A DNA stretch of 64,000 bases, from assembly GCA_026023565.1 (NCBI GenBank), contig JAPETS010000002.1, positions 124,001-188,000 on the forward strand, written 5' to 3'. Positions 13,601 to 25,464 of this stretch are shown here, piece after piece (position 1 is the first letter of the stretch; the number at the start of each line of letters is the position of its first letter). The notes below the pieces were generated by a model, which did not search any database, was not told where the DNA came from, and saw nothing but the letters and a program-made list of their open reading frames with translations. The stretch comes from Cirrosporium novae-zelandiae. Taxonomy: Eukaryota. Both the position numbers and the translations under genes were made by a program.

Positions 13601-15069
13601 ATTCACCGGGATGGGGATGATATTGATGGTATGGCGTAAAAGATAGGGCAGTTCAGGGGGGGGGGGGGGATGTATGTGGAAGTAGTAGGTAATTAATTGG
13701 TTGAATGTAATTGATTGTAATTTGAGTAATTTAGGTAATTTAAATAATTTACAAGAACGGAAATGATTTAAGAAATTTTAACAAATGGGTGGTCAGAGAA
13801 AGGGTCAGAGGTATTGAGAAAGTGTATGGGAAGTAGAGAGTTGTTGGGTTTTTGGAACTAGTAAAATATGTCATGAATGATGGCGGAGGAACCAAAGGGG
13901 AACCAAGGAAGTGGAAGAGGGTGACGAGCGAGTGACGATTCCTACAGCGAAGTTTAAAAATTAAACAGTCATACAAGGTTTTAGTTTAGTAGTTTACGTG
14001 CTTAGAGTTTCCCTGAAAGTCCCCTTAGAGTTCTTAGCTGACTGGGATTGAGTGAATCCGATGATCTGGACTGGGCGGGTCCCAACTGCCAACGCTCTCC
14101 GTCCATGCGTTGAACCGGTAATCCAAGCGTTTTCGGTACTTTTGTTGTACTTGACCTACACTTGGCCCTGTTATTTGTCCTTGACTGGCCCTAACTGGCC
14201 CATTACCTGTGATTACCTACCTATCCATCAACTTTACCATTTTGGATCTACAACAGGTATCGATGTAATGAGGTATTGATGTAACAGATCTGCATGACCT
14301 TATTACATATTTATTTATTCTATACATTATTCATAATTTATTATTCATTATTCATTATTATTATTCATTATTCATTATTATTATTCATTCGTAGAATTAA
14401 AAACAAAAACAGAAACAGAAACAAAAAAAAAAAAAAAAAAAAGTAGGGTTCCAATCGAGTAATACGAGCGAGTCAAGCTTGTTTTGTCTTGTCTTGACCT
14501 GACTGATCCTGTCTGTTTCGTCTTGTCTTGTCTTGTCTCGTCTCCTCTTCCTTCCATTGATCCATCCATCACACGCACCACCACCATTTTCCTCTTCTTG
14601 CCTTAATTTACAGCCAGCCACATTTCCTTGATTGTGAATCGAACTGGTGAAGGTCAAGAGCCTATTATATTAACATAGACTCTCCTTAAAACAGTTAAAG
14701 TTTTTCTCAATGCCTCCGTAGGGTCTTCTTCCTTATCCTTTTCGCCCCCAGAGATTTCCAGAGGTTTCAAAAAGAAAGAAAGTAGCTCAAAAAAAAAAAA
14801 CATCATCGGCAGTCTTACCTTTTTTGGTTTTCGCTGACTACCTTTTTCCATCGTTGGTTCCTCTCTCTCTCGCTTGTCTGAGATTCGGCCTGGTGGTCTA
14901 GTACCTACCTAGGTACCTACTTTTCGGAGAGCCCGTTATGAATCATGTTTAAAACGGTTCAGCCCTTGTTCAGCCTCGCCAATCTATCCTAGCGACTAAA
15001 TCACTAGTTCCAAAGAGGAACGGCTAAATCATGTGTTGGGATCTATTGCCTACCTGACCGGTATTGGAT

Positions 15070-15119
15070 TTACGTAGATTACTGTAGATTACGTAGATTA
15101 CGTAGATTACGTAGATTAC
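15070..15119. repeat. (TTACGTAGA)n 9-mer repeat, 5 units (one variant)
   Basis: TTACGTAG at 15070, 15089, 15098 and 15107, with variant TTACTGTAG at 15079. Confidence 0.9.
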
Positions 15120-15532
15120 CATTATTACTGTTACTTTGGCTATTTTGCTTAAAAAAAAGCCATGGATCCATGGCCCTATCTACTACATCTACTACATACA
15201 GGCTAACAACAACAGTACAGGCCACCTAAGTAAAAAATCGATCATGGTCCAAGGACTTTTTTAACCTTGTCCCCTGTTTTATTCTAAAGAACCTTGTTCA
15301 CCCTGTGGATATTGGATTTCTAACTTCTAAGATTCCCGCTTGACCTGCCTTGGCACTTTCAAACGTAAATTAAGATACCTAACTACCTAGCCTTCTTAGC
15401 TAACCTTTGCCTATCTCTCCAATAGCCCCATTGAACATTGACCCATTAACCCATTGACCATTGACTAGAGTCCTCGGTCCATGGTACTTACATCTTCGTG
15501 CATTGATTTTTTGCCTGTGCCTCTACCAGACC

Positions 15533-15533
<1 letters not shown>

Positions 15534-15571
<38 letters not shown>
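15534..15571. repeat. Poly-C homopolymer (38 nt)
   Basis: Read directly; about 860 bp upstream of the Myb ATG. Confidence 0.95.
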
Positions 15572-15573
<2 letters not shown>

Positions 15574-16359
15574 GTCCAAGTCCAACCAAAAGTCCAACTG
15601 GTCCACAGCCCACCGCCCGCCGTTCGCCCACCTATAACCCAACATACCTATTCCCTCCACAAAGTCCACATTGTCCACTTTCCCATCCAATGGGTCACCA
15701 CATCTCGCTATCGCTCATCGAACCGTTGTCTCGCTCTCTAGCTTTTTTTAATCCCGGTATCTGCATACCCTACGAAATCTGCATCTCCTGCGAGCTTGCG
15801 GCGGATCCGCGCCATCCCCAAACCATGTAGACTATGTATGCCACATATGCCACATGCAGGGATTCATGTCGCGGGGCCCTCTTGGATCAGTGGGAAATGC
15901 CACCAGCTCGCTCACTCCTCTCTATGATCCCGTCACCGTTACCCCGGCTTCTAGTTGAACCCAAGGCTTGACCAGCTCGGTACTCTTCTAAACTTGACTG
16001 GACACTGCCTGTCCTGATCGCTCCTTCTCACAACTCAAAAGGTAACCATCGCCCCGTTCCCAATTCTCATAAACCTGCCTCTAGCGTTCAAACCACAGAC
16101 AAAACTTAAATCTCTCCTTTCTCCATCCACCACGAGCACTGGGAGGTCTGATCTCACCATACCTGGGACATATCTATCGAGCATTCCTCGTGCACCGTCA
16201 CCAACCTCAAGCCGTTTCTCATCAACTTATATATCTAACGCCCTCATCCCATCTGGCACTCAACCTAAACCACACACCTGTGCCGCCTACATACTCATCA
16301 GCCTTATCATTAACTCATCTTCTTTGTTGCCCAATTACCCCTCCAGCAGCAACAACTTG

Positions 16360-16419
16360 GTATGATTTATATATTTGCTCTCTACCTTGCGGGCGCCTTT
16401 ACTGACAGTGATATTCTAG
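16360..16419 (+). other. Probable 5'-UTR intron of the FlbD-like gene
   Basis: GTATGA donor at 16360, ACTGAC branch site at 16401, TAG acceptor ending 16419, 10 nt before the ATG at 16430. Confidence 0.55.
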
Positions 16420-16429
16420 CGAGTCAGAA

Positions 16430-17398
16430 ATGGGTGCTCAAGCTCGTGGCCCGTGGTCGCAGGAGGAAGATAGCAAACTTCTACGACTTGTGCAAACCAA
16501 CGGTCCTCACAATTGGGTACGGATATCTAGCGAGCTGGGAACGAGGTCTCCAAAGCAATGCAGAGAACGCTATCATCAAAATCTAAAACCGTCCTTAAAC
16601 CATGAACCTATCACCCAGGAAGAGGGAGAGATGATCGAACAGCTGGTTGGCGAAATGGGGAAACGATGGGCGGAGATTGCTCGGCGGCTCAACTGCCGAA
16701 GTGACAATGCAGTGAAGAACTGGTGGAATGGTGGCGTGAATCGGCGACGCAGATTAAGTCGTCGAGGACTGGCTCACAGCAGGATAGAACACTTGCCTGG
16801 GAGACCAGCATCTCAGTTCGATCCTTCACTTCCCAACATCTCTATCCCACACCCTCGAAGAGTGGTCCAACCATCCTTAATTTCTCCTGCCATATCGGAC
16901 ATATCTGCGTCCGATTCTCTCGACTCTACCGCACCTTCACTGGTGTCTGACAGAGGCTCCTATATGTCAGCTTCTCCCAGTAGGAGTGACGTTGGAGATC
17001 GAAGTTACGGCTCATCTGACTGGCTGGAACCCCGCAAGCTTAGCTACCCCTTCTCAACGCCAGAAATAAACTCCCAGCGCCACGCCTCGTTTGGTTCCGT
17101 CAACCATCATAAAGCCTGCATGGTCCCTCATCCTACGCTGCAGAAGCCAGAGGTTCTACCAGCGATGCCAGACTTAAGGCCAGAAATGATCATCGACACT
17201 TCGCCCATGGGCTCAGAATATATGCGGCTAAAACCTTCCCCGCAGGATGGCCAGCAGATACAACTACCTTCATTTAAGCAGTTTATAAGTCCTCCATCTA
17301 AACCATCGAGTCTGCCTTCGAGAGAGTGCAGCTTCTCGAAACAACATAAAATTTCTTCTCCCAAGTCGGCAATGAGGCTGGCTAATCTACTTGGTTAG
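16430..17398 (+). CDS. flbD: R2R3 Myb transcription factor, FlbD-type conidiation regulator (322 aa, intronless CDS)
   Basis: N-terminal GPWSQEED...PHNWVRIS...RSPKQCRERYHQNLKPSLNHEPI...MGKRWAEIARRL..RSDNAVKNWWNG matches the Aspergillus FlbD / Neurospora RCA-1 Myb signature; Ser/Pro-rich tail ending MRLANLLG. Confidence 0.9.
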   Translation: MGAQARGPWSQEEDSKLLRLVQTNGPHNWVRISSELGTRSPKQCRERYHQNLKPSLNHEPITQEEGEMIEQLVGEMGKRWAEIARRLNCRSDNAVKNWWNGGVNRRRRLSRRGLAHSRIEHLPGRPASQFDPSLPNISIPHPRRVVQPSLISPAISDISASDSLDSTAPSLVSDRGSYMSASPSRSDVGDRSYGSSDWLEPRKLSYPFSTPEINSQRHASFGSVNHHKACMVPHPTLQKPEVLPAMPDLRPEMIIDTSPMGSEYMRLKPSPQDGQQIQLPSFKQFISPPSKPSSLPSRECSFSKQHKISSPKSAMRLANLLG

Positions 17399-20300
17399 TG
17401 ACAATACAATTTTTGGATCGGCGTTTTTTGCTTAATGGGATCATGGTTTGGGGTAATCGAAGACATCATTGGTCATTTATCAGCATCAACAATCATTCAC
17501 CTCAGGCGAATTCAGTGGACCGTTGAAGATTCGGTACCGGTTGTATGAAAAGGGTTTGGGTCGGAGACATTGATGACTTAATGGGCTGGGCGGGGATCTC
17601 TTGTTAATTCACGCCTTTGGGCTGTGCATAACTTGGTGCACTGCGATTTTGCTATAAACTTTATTGATACCCCAACTTTTGGTAGATCAATTAATTTGAT
17701 TTGCCCACCAACAATTTCAAATTTATCTTTTACAATCTTCAAGCTCAGGCAGAATGCATAAGCTCAATATGTTGTCCCATCCTTAGTTGAATATGGTTCG
17801 CAATGTTCAAGAGCCTTATAGTATCTAGAGGGTAACACTTAATGTCACCGTGATGATCCTCGAACCTGGTCTACGTAGTCAGTGAGGTCAATTTGCCGGC
17901 TTGGTAAGCCTGTACTGTGGTTGTGTAACATGCAAGCACTATTATTCATGGGTTTCATCTATCCCCGCATCCTCAAGCATCGAGTCTAACTCATAGCCTA
18001 AGGAAGGGGGCATACTTCGGAAACAGGTATCAACCCCTTATGTGAGATCGCTATCACTGACTGCTTTAGGTCTAGTTAACGTAACATGGGTATCTTTTCC
18101 CGTAGTCTTGCAGAAACTGGGAGCCTCGTAGATGCTCGTTCATATGCTTCAAAAATCTCCTTCAGCCTTCTATTGCCAACGTTGGAGAGCTTCATAAGCT
18201 GTCATAGACTTAGGAATAGGTCTGTGTGTCACAACGTCGGAATGTTGAGGATATGGGGGATCAACGGCAGAACGTTCGTATTCATTGTCCAAGAATGAAC
18301 CCCGAGAAGCTTGATGAAATCTATCGCTAGAGCACTTACCCAATAAAGTAACTGCATAATGTCGGCTATAAGAGGAGATTTGGCCTTGTTTTCGGGTCCT
18401 TCAATATGCGGGCTGAGGGGAACCCTCCAACATTGCAACAATCGGCCTTATTTAGGACATTGTATCGGTCAAGAACTGTCTTTGCCACTGCATTGCAGTT
18501 CCGATTATCGTTTTTATCCGGGATTGCCCTGAGGTAGTTCCTGCAGCACATGTCAGGGCTTGTTCAATCAGCAGCATCATCGACCAGTATGTACAAAGTA
18601 CAACACTAAGGCAATGCTGATGAACATGACAACCTTGGAGTGATAAAGCTGTATCAGCGGTCATCAGCTGTTCTAGAACTGCATTATATACCCATATCCG
18701 GAAGTACTGTGTCTATAGTGAACGTCAGAGGCCTGCGGTCAGCACCGATGCAGACGAAGAGGGGCTGAAGAAATAAGATGGAGGTTAGATCATAACCCGT
18801 TATTGGTAGGCGCCCAACGGATAGCAACTTTGAAAAGAATCTAGATTCTAATCAACGTATCCAACAGAGTACTGGTAGTAAGTTTCCTGGTTGTAGGTTT
18901 GTATGCTTGCTGTAGAGTCAGTTGTTGGATACATGTACGATGACATTGTTTAGCATACAAAAAACAAGTCCTAGATAACGGTACAAGATAAGAATGCAGA
19001 AATCAACGATTGTTGAAGATTACGAAGGTTTTTGCATGTAGTGAGAAAGTTCTAGAGGGCGAGGGTTTCATGCCTAAGCTTTGGCCAACCACCATCCACG
19101 GCCCGAACCTAGGGACCGATCGCCCGGTACCGAGCTTCTACCCCCAGTTATACCCGTAGCAATCAATCTCACGTCCTCTTATTTCTTTTTCATCCCTTCA
19201 ACGGTTATGAACATCTTACCATTCGCTAGTAACAGCGAGCATCAGCGAATTCACTTTTGAAAGCTTCATCTTTTTTATCAACACTTCCAAGTGGATGCAT
19301 GACCATTGATAAGAACAGTTGATTCACCTTAATAACAATATGAGCACCTATATAATAAGGTCCAAGGATTGCATTTATAGGGCATACAAATTAACAATAA
19401 CAGCTTAATTATATCTACATCAGAATTCTGGTTTTCCCTTTATCTAGCTATTCAAGCGTATACCTCCTATCCCAATAGCTGTTCCAACAACGATTTCTCT
19501 TCTTCCTCTTCCTCTTTCTCTTTCTCAACTCTGATGTAAATTCAAAGCCCCTCTATTTTTAACATTTAATTTTTACACATCGGCTTGTTTGCGGTTGTAT
19601 TTCTGCTTTGCGTCTATTACTTCGCCTATCAACCCTACCTAGGAGATACCTATTTTATCGCACTCTTTGCGTTGTCGAAATTTGTCCTCAATATAACCCA
19701 TTACACCTTGCGCCGCTACTCCTCACGCCACGCTGGTATTATTCGACCCGGAGAGACAAAGATAACAGGTAGGCAATTGATATGAAAGTGGTTCACAGCA
19801 AACCAAGCCTACCTAAGGAGGGGATACCCGATGCATATAGGGAGATGGATATGTCCAGATTATGTCAAAGAGGCGCTCGGCGAAATAGATAGAGCAAAAA
19901 TGATAACTGCCGGTTGGAAAAATTATTTTTGGGCAATTGGGGGAAAGGAGAAGGAGGAATGAGAAGTGGAAGAAGAGAAGGTATCTCTAAAGAGTGACGG
20001 GTATCAGTTGTATCAGTCGAAGGCAAAGAAAGATGAAGCGCCAATCATAAGAAACGGTCTACCAAAATACCTTTAACGAGCTACAGTAGCAACTCTTAGT
20101 ATCATCAAAAGAGTTTTAGCACAGGAAAGTATGGCTTTCAATGTCCTACAGGCCATTGCATGATGGAAAGGAGAATTAGTATAAAAAGTCAATCCCAACA
20201 TGAACAAAAAGCGACAAGCATACATGCGGAAGATCCTTCTAGAAGTGTGAGAACAGTTAACGGCCAACCCAAAAGAAAATGAGCACTCGAAGTAAATAAT

Positions 20301-20646
20301 GACCAAAGTACACATTGTATAAAGGGTAGAAGGGAGGATTAGGATAAGTTATAGGGAACATTGTTATTGTTGTTGATTTATCGGATCGGCATTTCGGGAG
20401 TATTTCACGGGGTCTCGGGGGGTTGTGCAGTACAAGGTACGCAGGTGTGAGAGGTAACTTTGAAGCTTAAATTTCAGCCTTGCTCATCCGTCTTCAAAGC
20501 ACGACCGCGCGCAGTTCACTTCAAAACTTCCTCAGTTCTATGACTCCTGTCTCAAACAAACTCTTAAACTGAGTTCATCACCTGTTATAATCTTGACACC
20601 TTTCACTTAATCTTGGTTTCCTACATACGATTGTCATCTCCCCAAA

Positions 20647-22200
20647 ATGGATGGCACGATGGATATCGACATGGACATTGATATCGATCTAAATCCAACG
20701 CTAGACGCTGACCCAGCTCCCATGGTAAGGGAAACTCAAGTAAAGAGCTATCTTCATCTATCTCAAGCTAATGGCATGCCGTCTGATGTGCAGGAAGTTT
20801 TTCATGTGACAGATGAAACCAGCCCTTTCGATCAAGTTCAAGAGAACAACTCCGAAGACATTACGACATTGGAATCAAACCATACTACACCAAACAAAAT
20901 TCATATCAGAGGTCTAGATGATCTCACTACCGGCGACGTAAAAGCCTTCACAACAACACATTTCTCAATTGAAGAACCAAAGATAGAATGGATCAATGAT
21001 ACCTCAGCGAATTTAGTCTATTCCTCATCAGAAATCGCTCTTCAAGCTCTCACCTCCCTTTCAAATATGACCCAGGACCAGATCACTTCTATGTCTAATT
21101 TGCAGCTACGCCCCGCAAAACTGTTCGCGAATCATCCTGAATCCTCATTCCAAATACGACTTGCAGTTCAAGGAGACCAAAAGAAACCCAAGGCCCATGA
21201 AGCAAGCCGATTCTATTTATTGCATCCCGAACATGACCCTCGAGAACGCCTCAAAAAAGAGTTTGAAGAGCGAAGACAGCGTGGACGAAGAAGCGGCGAC
21301 AGCAACGATGGAGATTATCAACGCCGACGATTCGACGACAACGAGCTCCGGCGAAGAAAATATAGGAACTCAGATGGAGGCTTCGATGCTAGCATGTATG
21401 ACGATGAAAAGGACAACGGAGATGATGCCTCGAGTAGTTCTGGGAGAGGCCGATCTGGCCGCCGGGTTCGTTTTCAGGATCGCGACTTGTTTGAAGGTCG
21501 AAACAGTTCATACAGCGGCCGACTTCGTGATAGAAGCGCTTCTCCAGGGGCTCGAAGTGGGAACGACTATGATAATAACCAATCAAGGACACGGAAGTTC
21601 CGCAACCGGTCCCCTCCTCCAAGACGACGTAACACTTATACTGGCGATGACATTCTCGCTGGCACTAGAGAGCTTTTCCCAGATAAAAAGAGACCTAGTG
21701 TGGTGGGCAAAGAGTTGTTTCCAAATAAGACTGCAGCATCCAATCTGAAGAAGGAATTGTTTCCGAACCGGATGGCTCTCGGAATTCATAAACGATCCGA
21801 TGCATTCGATGCTGCAGATGAGACAACAGAACTTTTTAGGTCTAGCATGGGTGTACCTTTTACCGACGGTTCTTCTGAGACACGGCCAACCTCATCTCGA
21901 CTCGCAGACAGAATCACCCGCCCGTCAAGCGCCCGAGGTTCAGATAGAGGACACAACCATACACAAAGATCGTCGAGTTCTTCGGGCCGCCTAGCAAACG
22001 AGGGATTCTCAATCAAGGGTGTAGCAGCACAGAAGGATTCTGGTTACTCTATTCGTGGAGCTGCTAATGGTCTCACAATCAAGGGCACCGCTAGTGAGCT
22101 ATTCCCAGGAAAATCGAATAGCAATGTTGGGAAGGAGCTTTTTTCTGGTCAGTTAAGCAATGGAGTTCTCGGACGGCGTGCAGCAGATGTACGATACTAG
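20647..22200 (+). CDS. NCBP3 (nuclear cap-binding protein 3, DUF2414)-like RNA-binding protein; probable intron 20725-20793
   Basis: KIHIRGLDDLTT..D...IEWINDTSANLVY is the NCBP3/DUF2414 RRM-like signature; KKPKAHEASRFYL..PEHDPRE; Arg/Ser-rich tail. Intron GTAAGG...GCTAAT...CAG. Confidence 0.85.
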   Translation: MDGTMDIDMDIDIDLNPTLDADPAPMVRETQVKSYLHLSQANGMPSDVQEVFHVTDETSPFDQVQENNSEDITTLESNHTTPNKIHIRGLDDLTTGDVKAFTTTHFSIEEPKIEWINDTSANLVYSSSEIALQALTSLSNMTQDQITSMSNLQLRPAKLFANHPESSFQIRLAVQGDQKKPKAHEASRFYLLHPEHDPRERLKKEFEERRQRGRRSGDSNDGDYQRRRFDDNELRRRKYRNSDGGFDASMYDDEKDNGDDASSSSGRGRSGRRVRFQDRDLFEGRNSSYSGRLRDRSASPGARSGNDYDNNQSRTRKFRNRSPPPRRRNTYTGDDILAGTRELFPDKKRPSVVGKELFPNKTAASNLKKELFPNRMALGIHKRSDAFDAADETTELFRSSMGVPFTDGSSETRPTSSRLADRITRPSSARGSDRGHNHTQRSSSSSGRLANEGFSIKGVAAQKDSGYSIRGAANGLTIKGTASELFPGKSNSNVGKELFSGQLSNGVLGRRAADVRY

Positions 22201-22619
22201 GCCAGGTCTAGAGGACTTTCAGATAAATGGATGGGGAGCGACGAATGCCTCTTTCATTCTCTGCACATAACTTTTACTACCACATGAGGCAATTTTTATC
22301 ATGTTATTAAGGAACTAACGAGCGTGGGAGTTTGGGCGTTGGGGGCGTTAGATATTGATATTGATACGGAAATTGGAACTCCAAAAAAACCATTGTGAAA
22401 ATCCTACAGCTAGGCATCTTGCTAAATCGTATACCATCTACGTTAAGTTGTATTAATAGAATTTAGTTAAATAAATTTTACTGGTCTCTCTGAGCTTAGG
22501 TTCTATATATATATGCCTGTCAAAGATGGTTGCATTTCATTTGTTTTACTCGGGTGGAAATATTGGATTGCGATCAAGGAATAATATTGTCAGAAACCCC
22601 AACTACCCGCTCATCAATC

Positions 22620-24299
22620 ATGTCTGAGAAGAACTCTGCCGCCATTATTGTTGCACGCTTTCTTAAAAGTAATAGCTATACAGAGGTAATTTGCCATGCT
22701 CTGGATATGAAATAGCTCTGTGTTTTGATAATGGTTCAATATAAATCTCTAACATGGTCGTGATCAACCTGTAGACCCTCGACGCATTTCTGCGAGAAGC
22801 CGAACTCCCACCCGATGCTGGAACTGTCAACAACAAGGATGACTGGACCATTGAGAAAATCCTTGATGAAAAAAGAATATATGATTTGAACGTGAATTTC
22901 GAGAAGCTCGGAACTGCCAACGAAGATTATTCTTGGAAACTACCAGGTGCTGTCACCACCCGCCCACCACCCGGAAACACCCTTTCAACTGGCTGGTAAA
23001 TACCAAACTATGTTCTATGATTACTGACTTGGAGTTATTTTTGGCTGGGTCTATATAGCGCCAGGGATACCATCTATTATATCTTCCCTCACTTCCTCCA
23101 ACATTCTGCACGTTTCGATATGCTCACTTTCTGTCCCACCCTCCGACCCCCCGCAAAAATGTATTCTCGCCACCAGCGCAGACAGAAGCCTCTATATCAT
23201 ATCACCGTCAGCTCCCTTTACCTCTATCAACACGGTCAGTAACCTCCACGACTCGCCAATCCTGTGCTGTGCGGTTGTGAAGAATAAATTTATCCTCTCG
23301 ACATCCATGTCCGGTCAGCTCGTCCTCTCTGATGGTACTGGAAAGGTAATTTCAAAGAGAAAAGACCACCAGAAGTATGCCGTTAAGGTAACATGTTTAG
23401 AAGAGGAAGGGGAATGGGTTAGTATCGCGACGGCCGGATGGGACGGGAAAGTGAATTTCTATCGTTCGAGGTTTCAGGGATGGCAGAATGGTCCTGCTGC
23501 TACCGCATCTGCTTCTGGAGAAGAGCAATATTTACCTAAACTTGACGAACCACTTGCAACTCTTACCATGCAGTCAAACCCAGAGGCTATTACGCTCCTA
23601 CATCATCCCAAGACAGGGAGGACTTTGCTCCTGGCTTCGCGGCGAGACTCTACGTTTATATATACGTACGCTTTAAATCGACCAAGCAGCGACTCCGAGC
23701 CTTCAGGTGGTGAACAATCACAACAAAATTATAGATTCGAGCTAATACACAAGCAAAACCTGGCACCGCATTCGAATGCCTGGATAGCATTCACGCCCGC
23801 CTCATTCGCCATCAGTCCAGTTGATCCCACACTTCTCGCGGTTGCGACATCCACAGTCCCACGCATGAAAGTCATAATCGTGCGCCTTCTCCTGGACTCT
23901 AAGGACGCCCAGACCCGCCTATCGGAAGCCACCCTCCCACCAACACCGGCGTCCCTCGCCCACGCCGAGAGAGCAATCCAAGAAGAAGAGGAAGCGGCTA
24001 TCATAACGCACGCGAGTGCGATGGCGCCGCAGACGGCTTATTCAACGCCTCATGTGTGTTGGCGGCCAGATGGGTCGGGGGTTTGGGTTAATGGGGATGA
24101 TGGCGCTGTAAGAGGGATTGAAGCGAGAACTGGGAAGATTATGAAGATCCTGAAGGAAGGGCATAACGCTGGGAGTAAGGTTCGGAGCATTTTTGCGGGA
24201 TGGGTGGATGTGGCAGGAGGGGGGAGGAACGAGGAGGTGTTGGTTAGTGGGGGGTTTGATAGGCGGCTGGTGGTTTGGAGAGTGCAAGAGTTGAGTTAA
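22620..24299 (+). CDS. LisH-domain / WD40-repeat protein; exons 22620-22685, 22775-22946, 23059-24299
   Basis: MSEKNSAAIIVARFLKSNSYTE|TLDAFLREA is a LisH motif; WD-like blades IATAGWDGKVNFY, CWRPDGSGVWVNGDDGAVRG and LVSGGFDRRLVVW; the splice joins keep the frame open. Confidence 0.8.
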
Positions 24300-24846
24300 T
24301 ATTGTGTGTAGAATTAACGGATATATATTATCCATTATTCGCAGCTACATTTTTTTCCTTCTCTTTTCTCTTTTTCTTCCTATACGTACGTAAACACCTA
24401 GCTATGAAAATTGTTTAGTAGTGTAGCAATGTGAGCCTCTTTCCATGCACCCGCATACCATCGAGGGAAGGTTGAGGGTGTTTGGTAAATAGAGGCTTAG
24501 GGTCAATATTGGCACGAAAAGAATTTTATCCTTCAGCAAGGCGTCTATGAGATAGAGACGGAGCTGTACACACAAATGCCGTTCAAGGGAGAGAGAAGGG
24601 GAGGGTCATTAAAGTGAGGGAGGGAAGATGAAAAAAGAAGAAGTAAAAAAAAACCCGAGACTTGGGGTTCAGGCAAGTCGACTGAATTTTTGAAAAAGTT
24701 TCATTCCTTGGCTAAAGAAAAGCACACAACCAAGTCGCCGGCCATCTTTCGTAGCTTATTTCATTCAACATTCGAAATGCTTAATCGACATTATGTCGTG
24801 TTATTGGAAAACCGTCTTCATTTTTATTGCGACTAAAGATTCTCTC

Positions 24847-25353
24847 TCAGGCTGCGTCCCGCTTGCCCTCCTTCACCTCCTTCTATAAGTTCACCAACAG
24901 AAATTAGTTATTATATCCTATATATATAGTGCGATGGGAAATGTGGTTGAGAGAGAAAAGGACGAAAAAGAAGGGTGGTTATGGCACACATACCAGCGCT
25001 CTCATCGTACCATGAAGAGCATGTCTATGGTTTCTTCGGAACTTGGGGTCCGTTCCTTTGAGGGAGGGATATCTGTGGGTCAAGGGTTTCTTGATGCTAG
25101 ATTGCGACAAAAAAAGTTATCAGCCGCTCATAATATATTTCCACAACACTAAAGCGAAGCGACGCGGAAAGATAGTAGTAGTCTGTAGTCCTGAACTCCA
25201 ATCTATTATTGCCTGACTTTGAGATCTGGTAACATACCCGTTTTTGTGGGCCTTCTTGTTCTGGTTGTGCTGGGACGAGTTCTTTGATTCTGGAAAGTTG
25301 TGTTAGCATTTAATCATTATGATGGTGGAATTGGCGATCAACTTACTGGCCAT
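24847..25353 (-). CDS. RPL29: 60S ribosomal protein eL29, 65 aa; exons 25353-25347, 25289-25238, 25096-24994, 24882-24847
   Basis: Spliced product [65 protein letters not shown]; three canonical introns (GTAAGT, GTATGT, GTATGT donors). Not present in the ORF track. Confidence 0.97.
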
Positions 25354-25464
25354 GGTGACGGATGGCTTGTCGTAAGGGAGAAATTCGTGGAATTGTTGCT
25401 CGTCGGAGTTCTCTGATTTTGGAGATTGAAGTTGAAGATGTCTTAATTTTGGCCGACGTGTGCG

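Noticed and set aside
21161..21748. 195-aa alternative-frame ORF inside the NCBP3-like gene
   Set aside because: Wholly nested in a well-supported CDS, non-ATG start, no motif.
25097..25237. Possible intronic snoRNA in the 141-nt RPL29 intron 2
   Set aside because: No box C (RTGATGA) near the 5' end and no evident H/ACA hairpin pair; an Infernal search would settle it.
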